From: Octopus sinensis
Lineage: Eukaryota
Assembly: GCF_006345805.1 (NCBI RefSeq)
Contig: NC_043009.1
Coordinates: 11,346,001-11,410,000, forward strand
Length of the DNA stretch: 64,000 bases
Reading direction: 5' to 3'
The notes below the pieces were generated by a model. That model did no database searches and was not told the origin of the DNA. It was given only the letters and a program-made list of their open reading frames with translations. The translations under genes and the position numbers were made by a program. Within the stretch, counting starts at the first letter, position 1, and every line of letters starts with the position of its first letter. Shown piece by piece: positions 1 to 13,706 of the stretch.

Positions 1-95
1 TATCAGAATGTGTAATCATGAGACTAATGCCGATGTAAGAGGCGCAGCTTGAATAGTTTGTTATATACATCGTGCCAGTTACAACTAAATACTTA

Positions 96-617
96 TCGTA
101 AATCCTCGAGTATAGTCCGCCCTTGAGTATAATACGCAGGGAATTTTTAGGGGGCTGTACCTCTGAAAAACCTAAACCTAGTGTATAATACGCACCCCTT
201 CTCTAACTTGAGTCAAGGAGGTCTATATAACGTCCTTGGTTTGTAAAACTGTATATGCTAACGTCCTTTATTATTATTGTATATATAACATAATGCAAAC
301 GTGTAGCTTTTTTGTGCATTTTGTTTTGCAGAAAATAAAGAAATAACAGTAATAACAGCAATAACGTTTAATAAATGTTGCTTACTGCAAGTTATGGATG
401 ATTTTTTTATGACTTCATTGCTTTCAGGATTAGCTTGAGGTATTTTCGCGCCCGACATCAAAAAATGCGTCTGAATAAACATTGCCGGACAGCAAATAGA
501 GACTCGGACATTGCTTAGAAAATAAGTTTCATTTTTAACCTCGTATATAGTACGCACTCGGGATTTTGATCTTTAAAGTTTGGGAAAAAAATGCGGATTA
601 TACTCGAGGATTTACGG
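96..617. mobile_element. Tc1/mariner-pogo-type MITE
   Basis: Inverted repeats including the flanking TA: tatcgtaaatcctcgagtatagtccgc (94-120) vs gcggattatactcgaggatttacggta (593-619), 25/27 match; TA on both sides; no transposase ORF. Confidence 0.8.
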
Positions 618-1415
618 TATATTCTGGTGCGTGTATGCATCTACATGGTTGTATGTACGTGTTTAGTCATGAATGCATGTCTGTGTGTGCTTGTATTTAT
701 GTATTTATGTGCATTGGTGTGTTTATGGGTGTGTGTGTGAATATGTGTGATTGTGTGCGTGCGTGCATGCGCGCGTGTGTGTGTGAAAATGTGTTACAGA
801 AAAGTCTGAGTATGAATACGTATTCTGTAGTGAATTTATATATTCATAAATTTGATTCCAGTGATTTCAACAAACTATAATATACGAGACCGTTTTACTA
901 ATTGCTCCCTCCGTAACGCCGATACTCATAAATGCACTGTATACATAACTCCACATTATTCTGTAGCAAGCGTTATAGATTTCAGTTCTATAATATATAG
1001 CCACATGTATTGATTTTATCGTATTCACAAGGCTATACATCTGAAGGTAGGGACAGTCAATCAAATCGATATCTATACTTCACAGGTGCTCATTCTGTTG
1101 ACACGGAGAAGAGGAAAGACAGTTCCCTTCGGCGAGATTTTAACACAGAACGAAAATCGGAATTTTAAATATTGCAACGTAGGTGTACCGTTTGCAAACT
1201 TGGTCTTCATAGATTGAATGTCGGCTAAATGTACATTAAACTAAAGCTTACTAGGAGACAGAAGTACAGTGTAACAAGACGGTTGTTAATTAAATATTCA
1301 GACTAATATGTAAGATAGGTTACACGGAGAATATTGAACGTTAGCTGTTATATACACATATATATATGCCCAAAATGATAACACCCAACGGAAAATCTCA
1401 GATACAAACATTATA

Positions 1416-1859
1416 TATGCCTGCACACACGCACACACACACACACGCACACACACGCACGTCTATCTGTCTATCTATCTACCTACCTGTGTGTGTGTGT
1501 GAGCGTGCGCGTGTCTGTCTATCTACCTCTCTGTCTGTCTGTCTGTCTGTCTGTATGTATGTATGTATGTATGTATGTATGTATGGATGGATGGATGGAT
1601 GGATGGATGGATGGATGGATGTATGGATGTATGTATGATAGATCGTTAGCCACTACACACATTTTTTCTCTCCTTGTTTTTTTTTGTGTCCCTTTCAGTA
1701 GAAGAGCGTAGGCTCGAAACGTAAAATACTTTTTTCTATTCCTAAGCGTTATACTAATACATCTGTTTGTTTTGTACACCACCTGTATTCGTCTTTTGTT
1801 TTTTTTCTTAAACTTTTCCTATGTATGTATGTATGTATGTATGTATGTATGTATGTATG

Positions 1860-1893
<34 letters not shown>

Positions 1894-1925
1894 TGTATGT
1901 ATGTATGTATGTATGTATGTATGTG
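1416..1925. repeat. Compound microsatellites (CA, TCTA, TCTG, TATG, GGAT)
   Basis: Directly visible; explains the MYVC/HTHT-type ORFs. Confidence 0.95.
1693..1726 (+). ncRNA. Degenerate minimal hammerhead-like motif in Penelope-type terminal repeat
   Basis: ttt-cagtaga-a-GAGC gtag GCTC-GAAACGT-A-aaa: stem II, GAAA and palindromic ACGT present; CUGANGA core mutated. Confidence 0.4.
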
Positions 1926-2671
1926 TGCAGGTATACCAACTGTCAAGCAAAGCGCTACCCAGCGTATATCAACTATCAAATTACCAACCACTTACACATA
2001 TACATATCTATTCACATTACGCACACAACCATACTCACACATTTTCTTTACTGTCGCCATACTTTCGTAAATTATCGATTCTTTTGAATATGCAAAATAA
2101 TTATTGGTTCTATAGAAATAATCTACTGTTCAAAATAATAATCAGTTCTTTTGAATAAGGGTTATAATAGGTAAGAACCAATCAACTATGGCATTGCTTT
2201 TTTTTGTATTTTAGACATAGTTAAAGGCGACTTTGATAGACAGAAACATTTCTGCGTCAGACTCAAGTAAAGATCTTTCAATTTGTAATGTGAATTTAAA
2301 TTTTATCGTTATCTATTTTATTTTCCATTTCTTTGTGATCAATGATAAACAAGATACTTATGTAGAAGCACCTATTCCACTAACTACACCAGTTTAACCT
2401 CTTTGTTACTTTGTAACCAATGTAGAAAATCTATATATTCCAACCGTAGGATTTTTTCTTTTCGGTTTTGAAATCTGCAGCGATTCGATATTTTCAAGCC
2501 TTCGCTGACATACGTGGTCGTTGGTCGTTGGTTACCTTTCATATCGGAATTAAGAAGACTGATATTTATAGGGGAATATATAGCTTGGTAGTTTAAAGGA
2601 TTTGAGATGAGAAATTCGATACGGCAAAGCATAGGATTTTGGCTATAAGTATATCAATAACTTCCTATAAA

Positions 2672-2901
2672 GCGGCGAGCTGGCAGAACCGTTAGCCCGC
2701 CGGGCGAAATGCGTAGCCGTATTTCGTCTTCCGTTACGTTCTGAGTTCAAATTCCGCCGAGGTCGACTTTGCCTTTCATCCTTCCGGAGTCGATAAATTA
2801 AGTACCAGTTACGCACTGGGATCGATATGCTCGACTTAATCCGTTTGTCTGTCCTTGTTTGTCCCCTCTATGTTTAGCCCCTTGTAGGTAGTAAAGAAAC
2901 A
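2672..2901 (+). mobile_element. SINE family B, full length
   Basis: Head gcggcgagctggcagaa with B-box-like gagttcaaattcc; tail ccccttgtaggtagtaaagaaa; TSD atatcaataac(t/g)tccta at 2651-2667 and 2903-2919; multiple copies in window. Confidence 0.9.
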
Positions 2902-3341
2902 TATATCAATAACGTCCTAGAATGCTGGAGCTTTGGAAATCCCTCCAGACACGTGTCTCACCTGCAGTTAGAGTATAAAGTTCACCAGATTCGGAGGATA
3001 TGAAAATTCCAAAGATACGACCACTTCCTACAGATCCAGCACCAAAAATAAAAAGAAGTGGTGAGGGAGCGTGAGAAGCAAAATGAAAGTTTTATGTCAT
3101 TCGTATAATACTGTTGCTGTGATTAAGTGGCGGAATGCCTTCAAGTCGTTCTGACATTAGACTTGAAACAGCTAGAGAGAACTTGACATTGAAAACCGTA
3201 ACTCAGGGAACTCTCGTAGAGCAATTTGTATTTTGTTTGGAACGATACCATTAAAACTTTGATCCTCTGGAACCATACAACGCATACCATTCTCTTTAAT
3301 ACTATCAACCATTCGTTAAGTAATCATAATTTAATCATATA

Positions 3342-3504
3342 GGCGTAGGAGTGGCTATGTGGTAAGTAGCTTGCTTACGAACAACATGGTTCCGGGTTCA
3401 GTCCCACTGAGTGGCACCTTGGGCAAGTGTCTTCTACTATAATCTCGGGCCGACCAAATCCTTGTGAGTGGATTTAGTAAACGGAAACTGAAAGAAGCCC
3501 GTCG

Positions 3505-3572
<68 letters not shown>

Positions 3573-3805
3573 CGTGTGTGTGTGTGTATGTTTCTGTGTC
3601 TGTGTTTGTCGCCCCCAACATCGCTTGACAAGCGATTCTGGTGTGCTTACGTTTTTGTAACTTAGCGGTTCGGCAAAAGTAACCGATAGGATAAGTACTA
3701 GGCATACAAAGAATAAGTCCTGGGGTCGATTTGCTCGACTAAAGGTGGTGCTTCAGCATGGCCACACTCAAATGACTGAAACAAGTGAAAGAATGAAAGA
3801 ATAAT
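3342..3805 (+). mobile_element. SINE family A, full length
   Basis: Head ggcgtaggagtggct..gggttcagtccc, internal TA/GT microsatellite, tail ..gactgaaacaag; about ten related copies in window. Confidence 0.9.
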
Positions 3806-4235
3806 AGAAAGAGTTTCTGAATTTAGCTCCAAACCACATATTTTGAGGCAGGTTTTTTGCAAATTCAATAAACACTGGGTATGACTGGTATGTACTGTTT
3901 ACATATTGGAACTGATAAAGGTGAGATAATTAAGGACATAATCTATTCGGTGTTTCTGTTAGGTTTGCTACTTTACAGGTATAGTTTTAAATTTTAATGT
4001 CAAAAGGACAAGCATGGCTCATGCACCTTCATGAAGACTCCGACTCTGCTGCGCCGGAGTCAAAAAGATATTCTTAAATTGAAAATCTAGTCCGAACGCT
4101 TCCAAGAGAGCGGATTCCACTAAAGGAACCAAGGTGACAGGTGATGGCGTTAAGCTGGGAGACGGTACTGAAATATTGGCACCGCGCAGCGTATTTTGGT
4201 ATTCCCCTTATATATATATTATATATATATATTAT

Positions 4236-4286
<51 letters not shown>

Positions 4287-4514
4287 TATATATATGTTTT
4301 ATATATATATATCATATAATAAATTTAGGGAATAATCCAAATTTACAGGGAAAAATCAGATTTAGGATTGAATCCAATTTTATAGTAAAATATAAATAAT
4401 ATTAATTATAAATTAAATAATAATTAATTATATTTAATTTTATAAATTTTTATGTATTGGATTAAGTCTTTCTTTGTTGATTTGCATAATAGTGGTTTTG
4501 TCTCTAATTAATAT

Positions 4515-4549
<35 letters not shown>

Positions 4550-4588
4550 GTGTATGTATGTATGTATATATGTGTGTGTGTACGTATG

Positions 4589-4638
<50 letters not shown>

Positions 4639-4689
4639 TATATATATATATATATATATATATGTATAAGTAATATTAATAGCCACTTT

Positions 4690-5588
4690 AACATGGGAAG
4701 AGGTGATGAATGGGGTTACTTCTCTTGCCCAGAGATGGGCAGAGAGGAAGTTGTCCAAGAAAGGTCGGGCAGAGATGGCATGCCATGGTTGTTAATGCGC
4801 AGACACACACTCAGGTTGTGCTACTTGCAGCGATTTTTAGAAGGTGAACGTTTGTTGGCTCCGTTTGTGAGACACGCCTTTCCGCACCTCGTCTCCTTGA
4901 CGGGGCTGCAAGTCCTCGGTAAAGGATAGACGGTGATTGGACGCCTGGCTCTTCGAATGTCGTCAGGCGCTCACTGTACTCTACAAATCGGACAATAGGA
5001 TCGGTGGATGTTCCACTTTAGATATTTACAGAGGATTAGGAACGGGGAAGTGCGATGACGTCCTCGGAGAGACCCTAGACATCGTTGAAAACGAACTGGT
5101 AAGTCTATTCCGGAGGACTTTCCGGTTGGGGACTGTTATGGATAATTTCCAGATGTCTTTGGACTGTGCTACCGAGGTAGGGGGCGCTACCGGTTCGAGA
5201 TAAGCTCCACAGGCACGGATGTGCTGGCAGACGGAATTGTCCGAGGTGCTCACAGAGCAACGAAACCGTTATGTATGCTCGCGTTCAATGTTCGGGCATT
5301 TCTGACTTGGGAAGTTATGTCGAACAGCTGCTGTTGCATGTAGGACAGATCCGTTTGTCATACGAGTCCATAATGATGATTACCCCGCCGCCCTCCTTTA
5401 ATCTGGCCGGCAAGTCACTTTTCCTTTGAGAAAAGTGGCGAGAGGTTATCTGGAGGACGATGCTGAAAGGAATGAGAACAGAAACATTCCTCTTTGGTAA
5501 AGTCCTCATCGACTTTTTCAAGTTTCCCTTGAAAAGGAAAGAGAGGGTGGAGTGGGAGGTGCTGTCCTCGTGTGAATTTATGAAAAGG
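4690..5588 (+). mobile_element. L1/Tx1-type LINE ORF2 C-terminal fragment (copy 1, decayed)
   Basis: Homologous to 6240-7310; translates [29 protein letters not shown] and C-terminal CPRC..ETV..A..QC; about 170-bp deletion at a ggc microhomology relative to copy 2. Confidence 0.8.
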
Positions 5589-5867
5589 TGAGTTAGTTAG
5601 TTGGTTAGTGAGTTAGTTAATTTTTTGGCTCAAAAAGCAAAAAGCAAGGCCATGTAGGGGGACATGGAGTTATGTACAGGGTGGTGTTCATGTAAAGAGT
5701 TCAGGCCACTTGGGGTCGAGGAGACTTTGAACCGAGCGGTCGTCGGCAATCTTCACCATCTCGTCTGGCAGCTTATTCCACGGATCCACAACCCGGACGG
5801 AGAAAGCCCCTCTCTTTCGATTGAAAGTTGCGAAAATGGCAAGAGTGGATGGTACCACTCCCAGTGG
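5589..5867 (-). mobile_element. CR1/L2-type LINE 3' end with (TAAC)n tail
   Basis: Minus strand reads GAFSVRVVDPWNKLPDEMVK, matching the FSxRVVxxWNxLP terminus; second copy at 45238-45466. Confidence 0.8.
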
Positions 5868-5922
5868 TATTATTATTATTATTATTATTATTAATATTAT
5901 TATTATTATTATTATTATTATT

Positions 5923-7593
5923 ACGTTCTGACTCTCGAGCCAATACTACACATACCGGACGGGTTGAGAAGCATCCCCCGTGACCTAGGATGTGGGTGAT
6001 GGGTGTCAGCACATGCCGACGACGTCAACGTAGTGGTATCGGATCATAAACTCATAGAAATAATCGGAACTGCTCTCAGGGACTGAGGCGGCTTCAGGAA
6101 GACAGTCAACTAGGAAAAATCAGTGGGCTTGCGGCTCGGCACCCGGAGAAGTAAGTCCATACCGTCCAACTGCATCGATGGGTGCTGGACGTGCGGACCG
6201 GTTAAATTGCTTGGGTTCTGATTCGGTCCGGACCTCCAGATGGACAGAAACTGGGACAAGGTAACGAGTAGGGTGACTACTCTCACTCAGAAATGGGCCG
6301 AGTGAAAGCTATCTCTGAAAGGTCGGGCAGAGATGGCTAACGCGTATTTCGCGTCCGTCATCTATTTTCACTTAACCGTCGTGTGTTGTCCTGGCCACCA
6401 TCGGATTACGCTGGAGCGTATACTCTTCTACTTCTTGTGGAAGGGACGCGTACCGATGGTCAGGAGATCTATCTGTTGTCAGCATCCCCTGCGTGGTAGC
6501 CTGGGCATGCCATGGTTGATGATGTACAGACATATGCTGAGGCTACGGCATCTCCAGTACTTCCTTAACGGTGAAGAGCGGTGGTCGCCGTTCCCCAGAC
6601 AGGTATTTCCGTAGCCAGTTTCCTTAATGAAGCTGCAGTCTTGGGTGAAACAGAGACTGACGGGGAGCTTTTGGAAAGTGAAATGTCTTCAAGTGCTCAC
6701 AGCTCTCATCAAATCGGACAGTGTGATAGGCGGAACGACCACTTTAGATTTTTATAGAGGATTAGAGGAGGAAAAGTGTGATGACGTCCTTGGGGAGACC
6801 TTGGGCATCGAAGAAGATCTAGTCGCTCTTTTCCGGAGAACTTTTGGGCCGGGACCGATGGATAATTTCCAAAATCTCTGGCCTGGCAGTGCTACCGGGG
6901 TGCTTTGCTGTTCGAGCTAAACTTTATAGGAACGGAAGTGCCGTCAGCCGAGCATGTCCGACGAGATGGTCCTGCATGTACTCGTCGAATGCTTGAGCAT
7001 TGCTGACTTGTGGGTTTATGTCGAACACCTGCTCTTGTGTTTGGGACAGATCCGGCTGTCAACTGAATCCATCGTGAAGATCGCCCCGCCGCCTTCCATT
7101 AACCGATAAGGAAAGACTGTGTTTATATGCCTGGTGGTCATGGCGAAAGGGGTTGTACAGTGGACGAGTTTGAAGGAGCTGAAGACAAACACTTTTGTCG
7201 TTGGCCAATCCCTGATCAGCTTCAAGTTTCACTTCAAAGAGAAAATATGAGTAGAGCGGAAAGTGTTGTCTTCTAGCCAGTTTGTTGAAAAGTGAGGAAA
7301 ATGAGGAGAATGGTGTGAGTGAACGGGCCTGCCCTGAGCATGTGCCTGTAGTTTGAAAAATAGGAAGGAAAAAAGGCAAATGCCCCAAAAGTCGGGGTAC
7401 CCATGGTTTTTTAAATGAGGGTTTTCCATGAGCAGCCCGCGTACGTCCCCTCTCTATTGAGGGTCACACATTGTTGATTAAAAAAAAGAAAATTTGTTAA
7501 TCTTGATTACACGCAAAACCGTCACAACACATTCTTTGTTTTACCCAGTGCTATCCATAACATTTTTCTTAAACCCTTGTGGTTAATAAAGAA

Positions 7594-7598
<5 letters not shown>
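5923..7598 (+). mobile_element. L1/Tx1-type LINE ORF2 3' half plus 3'UTR (copy 2, 5'-truncated, decayed)
   Basis: RT motif AHADDVNVVV (6009 onward), N*EKSVGLRLG, FLWKGRVPMVRRSICCQHPLRGSLGMPWL, C-terminal CP..DEMVLHVLVEC; ends cccttgtggttaataaagaaatt followed by (ATT)n. Confidence 0.85.
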
Positions 7599-7640
<42 letters not shown>

Positions 7641-8359
7641 CATCATCATCAAGAAGTCAAATGAGGTGATTGGCATATATGACCTTTACCAGCTTTAACG
7701 GAGTTTGTAGATATATGTGGTAGATAGGTAACTATAGACAAACTTGTATATTTATCCGTGAATATATTATGTTTATTTAAAAATTCCGACAAATTTCTTT
7801 CACCACGTTATTGCATAGTTCATAGAGTAGCCAGGGTTATTTTTAACAACTCTCCTTATATTTTTTTCTATTAAAAAAAAAATAGAAACAAAACCTGTTC
7901 AGGTGTTTCGACGAGTAGAAGCACATGTGCTGACAATACTAACCTTTGATCTCTTTGAGTGTCAAGCGATGACATTTAGGTGCCAACAGATATATGCATG
8001 CAATCATAAATTTCTGTGTGTACGTATGTACGTATGTATGTATGTACGTATGCATGCATGTATGTATAGATAGATGGGTGGACAGATGGATGGAGGGATG
8101 GAGGGATGGATGAGGTATACTAACCCCGTAGTTGTATATTTTAAGTTTTGCACTAAAAGTCGGAATGCGGTAAACTAAATAGAAGCTTCCAACAATCAAC
8201 GGTAGACTGTACGATGTTACTCATCTCCATGGATTATGCAAATTTAAATCCTCGGAAACATATGTTATTACGTACATGCATACATACATACATACATACA
8301 TACATACATAAATACACACACATACTCACAGACATGTATATATATATATACATACATAC

Positions 8360-8392
<33 letters not shown>

Positions 8393-8569
8393 TGTACGTA
8401 TGCACACTCGCACATATATGTATATATACACATGAACCGCACATACGTATATATTTTTAATTGATATATATTATAGCATATAGACATACATATATGTGCT
8501 ATATGCGTGTGTATATTATATATATATTTATATATTTATATATATATACATGCATGTATATATATATGC

Positions 8570-8600
<31 letters not shown>

Positions 8601-8620
8601 GCATGTATATATATATATGC

Positions 8621-8680
<60 letters not shown>

Positions 8681-10094
8681 CATGCATACATACATACATG
8701 CATACATACATACATACATACATGCATGCATACATACATACATACATACATACATACATACATACATACATACATACATACATACAACAAACGTATACAG
8801 ATTAAAAATCTGCTAAAGTCTGCTAAAAGTCATTATATGTTTGCCATTTTGTTCTGAAAATTCTAAGGTTTATCCGTTGCAACAACAAAAGGAAAACTAA
8901 GCAAAAAGAAAAAAAAAAACATCGAATATAAAAAAAAGAAACAATGTAAAATAACTGACAAAGATTAGTAAAACAAATAAGGAGAGGTTATAAAACATAG
9001 CTAGATTTCAAAGTACATCTTGTAGTAGCTCTGTCTTTCAGCGCATGGTTTTGAATCTTTCAAATGCGTAGTAGCTGTTGGTATTGTCTTCCTTCCCTCT
9101 CAGTCCCACCTGTAAAATTTTCATTACGCATTGCCTTCCTTCGTACAGGAAACGCCTTTATTCAGCAGACGTCAGTGCCTGTTCTGTTATCCAATATACT
9201 CGCAGACAGTAGCTAAGAAAACAAAATCGTATGCGTTCGTGCAGAAATCAATTCTCTTCGATGAAATTCTTTGGGGTTTTATATATCTTATATTTTATTT
9301 ATTTCTATATTCTTTCCTTACTTATTTATTTTATTTAATTTTCCCTTTTTTTTATTTACAATTTCTATATTGAATTTGTATTCAGGACTCAATCTTTCCC
9401 ACCCTAACAATTTAGAGTTCTCTCATTCGCTTTCCTTTCCTCTCTCTATCTCTCTTCCTCTCGCTTTCTATCTCTCTATTTTACTCCTCCTTGCTATACT
9501 ATTTCACTGTCTATTTTCCGTTTCAGCTTCCGTTACGCTTCTTTCTCCTCTCTATTTCAAAGCAATCTTGTTAGCCCACCCTCGTCATCACCTGCCGCAT
9601 ACTCATTTGACATTTTCTTGAAACCTTTCCAATTAAATCTACGACTGATGCAAAATACTTTAATTTTCTAATCACCTTTATCGTCCCACAATCCCACAGA
9701 TTATATATATATACAACATTAAATTGTATCGTTTCCACTGCTCCCACATAACTGCCACCACAACATAACCTTAATATATTATTACCACAGATATTATTTA
9801 CTATTTTCCCATCCTTAGATTTTAATGGACATAACATTCAAACCATACAAAGGCCACTACGACAATCGCTGCCACTGCCGTCGCTGAAATCACTGCTACC
9901 GCTGCCGTTGCCAAAACCACCACCACACCACCACCACCACCACCACCACTACCAATATTCCAACCACTATAGCAACAGCAACAAAGTCTATACCATCAAC
10001 TGTCACAATCCTTGAATTCCATCAATACCAACCTGACATAATTTGCTGTTCCAAAACAGCTTATTGTGAGGAGATGCTAACTTACATATTTTTG

Positions 10095-10867
10095 GTTATG
10101 TCACTACATAGTATAGTAGGGTCAGTTGGGCACCGTCTGCGAGAAAATCAGCACCATGGCACAATTTACCCTGCCAGAAATTTGGAAATGACATGCTGTG
10201 ACTGCTGCTGTTGTTTGTATTAATGTTGCTGTTGTCGTTACTTCTGCTGTTGATTGATCAAACTTACGATCAAATATATTTCATACCGCCTTTTTTCCTT
10301 TTTCACATAGGTAGATTATCCACGGATCACGTTTTATAAAATGTTCTCTACGCGCATGTGTGTTTCTTCTTTTAAGACGTATGGTTTCAGGGAAACTTTG
10401 CAGCTTTCCTGGCAGTTTGTATATTCATATAGGAACTTCGTTAGTGGCTCGAGAGGGCCCTCAACTAGCTCAAGTGAGTAATGTTTTATACAAAGGACAA
10501 GTTTTTTGATGATTTACGTATATCTATCTATGTAATAACTTTTCGGTATCTCTATGCTACAAACAGCAAGGAAACTAAAAATAAAATCAATATTTTATAA
10601 TATATTTATGAAGTAATTCATTTAATCAGGTTGATAAAACAGGAATTTTGGAGACCTGACATGACTTCTCTGTGAAATACATTAACGGATGTTTAACACG
10701 CATCATTATGTAATTTCGTCCGTTTGCTTGCTAAATACACAGTCTTGATGAATCTTTTAGTTATGTCGACTACATAGTATAGTAGGATCAGATGGGCACC
10801 GTCTGTGAGAAAAAAAAAGCACCATGGCACAATTCACTATGCCAGAAATTTGGAAATGACATGCTGT
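10095..10867 (+). repeat. About 105-bp direct repeat pair (10095-10199 and 10760-10867)
   Basis: gttatgtc..actacatagtatagtagg..gcaccatggcacaatt..gccagaaatttggaaatgacatgctgt occurs twice. Confidence 0.85.
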
Positions 10868-11438
10868 AAATACCAAATTGACTGTGATTTGAACTCACAA
10901 TACAAAGAGCCAAGAGAAATGCCGCTAAGTACGTAGTGCTACACTGCTGAAAGTTTACGTGATGCCATAGCGTCTATCCCCTTTGTTTCGCGGGATAGTT
11001 CTATTTTAATACCTTATTTTGTGTTTATGTATAATCAAAGAAACTCATTGATGCTAGGGCCTCGACATCACTGAAAGACTGAAATCAGTAAATGCATAAA
11101 GACACTATGTATGTGTATGTGTGTGTTTGTGAGGTGTCTGTGTCTGTGTTTTATTTTCCCCAGCTCCTTTTATTTGCGTTCGTTTGTTTGTTATGGAGTA
11201 AACATTTCTAGTATATGTGCTTTTTGTCGGCTTTTGAATATGTTGACTATCTTTTTCTCTATCTATTGTTATAATCTGAAAGTTACACCTTTATATTCAA
11301 TTTTTAATTAAGTGACTTGTATATTGCAAGTTAATTAATCTGCAACACGATGTTTTTCACAGAGTATCATTTGGGGAGAAATTTTTATTAATTACTAGAC
11401 AGAGATTTATATAATACACGTGTCGTGTGATGTGGTGA

Positions 11439-11473
<35 letters not shown>

Positions 11474-11687
11474 ATGATGGTGGTGGTGGTGGTGGCGGTG
11501 GCGGTGGTGGTAGTAGTGTTGATGGTGTTGAAACTGATATCTGTGTACGAAATGTAATCTTGTACATCGTTTACATCATATCTATTAGTGACTGTTCATT
11601 AAATAATCATTTTATTTTTTTATGAATAATTTATCTGCGTAGATATTTCTCTTCATATATGTATATGTATATGTGTGTGTGTGTGTC

Positions 11688-11735
<48 letters not shown>

Positions 11736-13119
11736 TAAAGTGAAAAAATCTAAACTATATATATATGCGTAAAATGAAAAAAAAAAATACACTATATATA
11801 CATCCATACGAGTGCACGTACGTATGTGTATGATGGTGGTGGAGTATTAATTAGTTCTTTGTTTTGTGAGTCAGCTATAGAGCTGCATTATTTGTTCCGG
11901 ACCTCTGAGTTATCTGTTCAAATCCGGCCGAAGTGAACTTTACCTTTCATTCTCTCCGAGTGGATTGGCTGAATTTTATTCGATAGTATCAAGAGATGTC
12001 TTGCGGCATCGTCTCTAAAATTTTTTATATACCGTGTCCAGAAATATTACAAGATAAAATTACAAACATCTAAAAATAGCAAAGAAGTATCTGAGCCACT
12101 TCAATGAAATATAATGAAATATAAACGCAGGAGTTCTCAACAGAAGAAAGAACATAAGGATAACTTATATAAATTTTGAAGTTTATATAGAGTAAAGTAT
12201 CGAACTTTGGTACATAACTGTATAAATGAAATACAAGAAGAAGCTACCACTAAAAATGATCTTTTCCGGTACAATTCCATAAAAAAGAAGCCTTTTTTCA
12301 AACAGTTCTTTCCTTATATATCTCCGAGTCATTTATATTTTAAGATATGTACGATACCAAAAAGAAACGTATCAATTCATTCGAACATGGACATCTCGTC
12401 TCTTCATTTCGTCGCCATCGGAGAATAACTTTACCCTTAAAGCGATGAGTCAGTGAATCACGTTTGTTATGAACACACATCGCTTTAATGGAGATGTTCT
12501 CAGATAACGAATGACAACAACGATCAGATATTCGCTTCCGAATGTGCCAAATCACGAACAATGAATAGACACGTCATTCCTTGGATTCTGGCTGTTCCAT
12601 GGGGACCCCATCAGCTATTCATGGAATGTCTCTTTTAGGTTCTTTGTTTTTGTTTTTTTTTTCTATTTCTTTTTGTTTACATGATGATCATCTTCTGTTT
12701 CGATTGCGGATCGGTTGATGACAATACATTTTGAATAATATCAGCAACGTAGAACACTGCGATTGGTGCACTTGTAAGATCTTGACTCCTGCTACATAAG
12801 CTACACGTATCATGCGTCGTATTGTATGCCCTAACAAGTGCGAAATCTCATGAAATTATGGTATTTCTGTGTCACTGCTGCACGTAATACCTCCAACACC
12901 ACCGCCACAAAACGAACCAAGACATGAGGTGTGAGATTTCTCATCGGAAAAGCTATTTGCACAACGAAGCCTTTCCGTGTGGTTGAGGAACGCATTTCCC
13001 AGATTTGCGTTCTTGTCCTGCTGCAAAAAATGCATCTCATTTTATATGAACGACGGAGATCCAGTGACAACAATGATCCAAGATGACTTATGTACCTCCT
13101 TTCACCTATATGAAGCTGT

Positions 13120-13397
13120 GGTCGACTTTGCCTTTCATCCTTTCGTGGTCGATAAATAAAGTACCAGTTTCGCACTGGGGTCGATGTAATCGACTTAATC
13201 CCTTTGTCTGTCCTTGTTTGTCCCCTCTGTGTTTAGCCCCTTGTGGTCAATAAAGAAATAAGGTCGACTTTTCCTTTCATCATTTCAGGGTCGATAAGTA
13301 CCAGTTTCGCACTGGGGTCGATGTAATCGACTTAATCCCTTTGTCTGTCCTTGTTTGTCCCCTCTATGTTTAGTCCCTTGTGGGCAATAAAGAAATA
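13120..13397 (+). mobile_element. SINE family B headless tandem dimer
   Basis: Two ggtcgacttt..aataaagaaata units; 13-bp TSD tatatgaagctgt at 13107-13119 and 13398-13410. Confidence 0.9.
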
Positions 13398-13464
13398 TAT
13401 ATGAAGCTGTCCGAAATCCACTCTATCGGGAATCCTCTTAAAAATAATGGACATGTGTTCTCAT

Positions 13465-13505
<41 letters not shown>

Positions 13506-13657
13506 TTTTCTTCACTCACTCACTCACTCACACATTCGCTCACACATACACACACTCTCTCCTTCTATCTTTCTCTAAGGTCTTATTTCACTAGTTTAGG
13601 TTCTTGATTCAGCTGCAAGTTAGAGGTTCAAACAGGTAAACGTAGTTTACAAAGAAA

Positions 13658-13706
<49 letters not shown>

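Noticed and set aside
4028-4070. Hammerhead-like ttcatga-a-GACTCCG..CGGAGTC-aaaa
   Set aside because: The 7-bp stem is real but both core segments are mutated and stems I and III are missing; at most a relic.
9030-9112. Possible minus-strand terminal exon (ttttacag|VGLRGKEDNTNSYYAFERFKTMR*)
   Set aside because: Short, no recognisable homology, and no partner exon identified.
12340-13100. Complex-sequence ORFs (12340-12561 and 12831-13175) as host exons
   Set aside because: No convincing splice pair or domain; the longer ORF begins inside a SINE.
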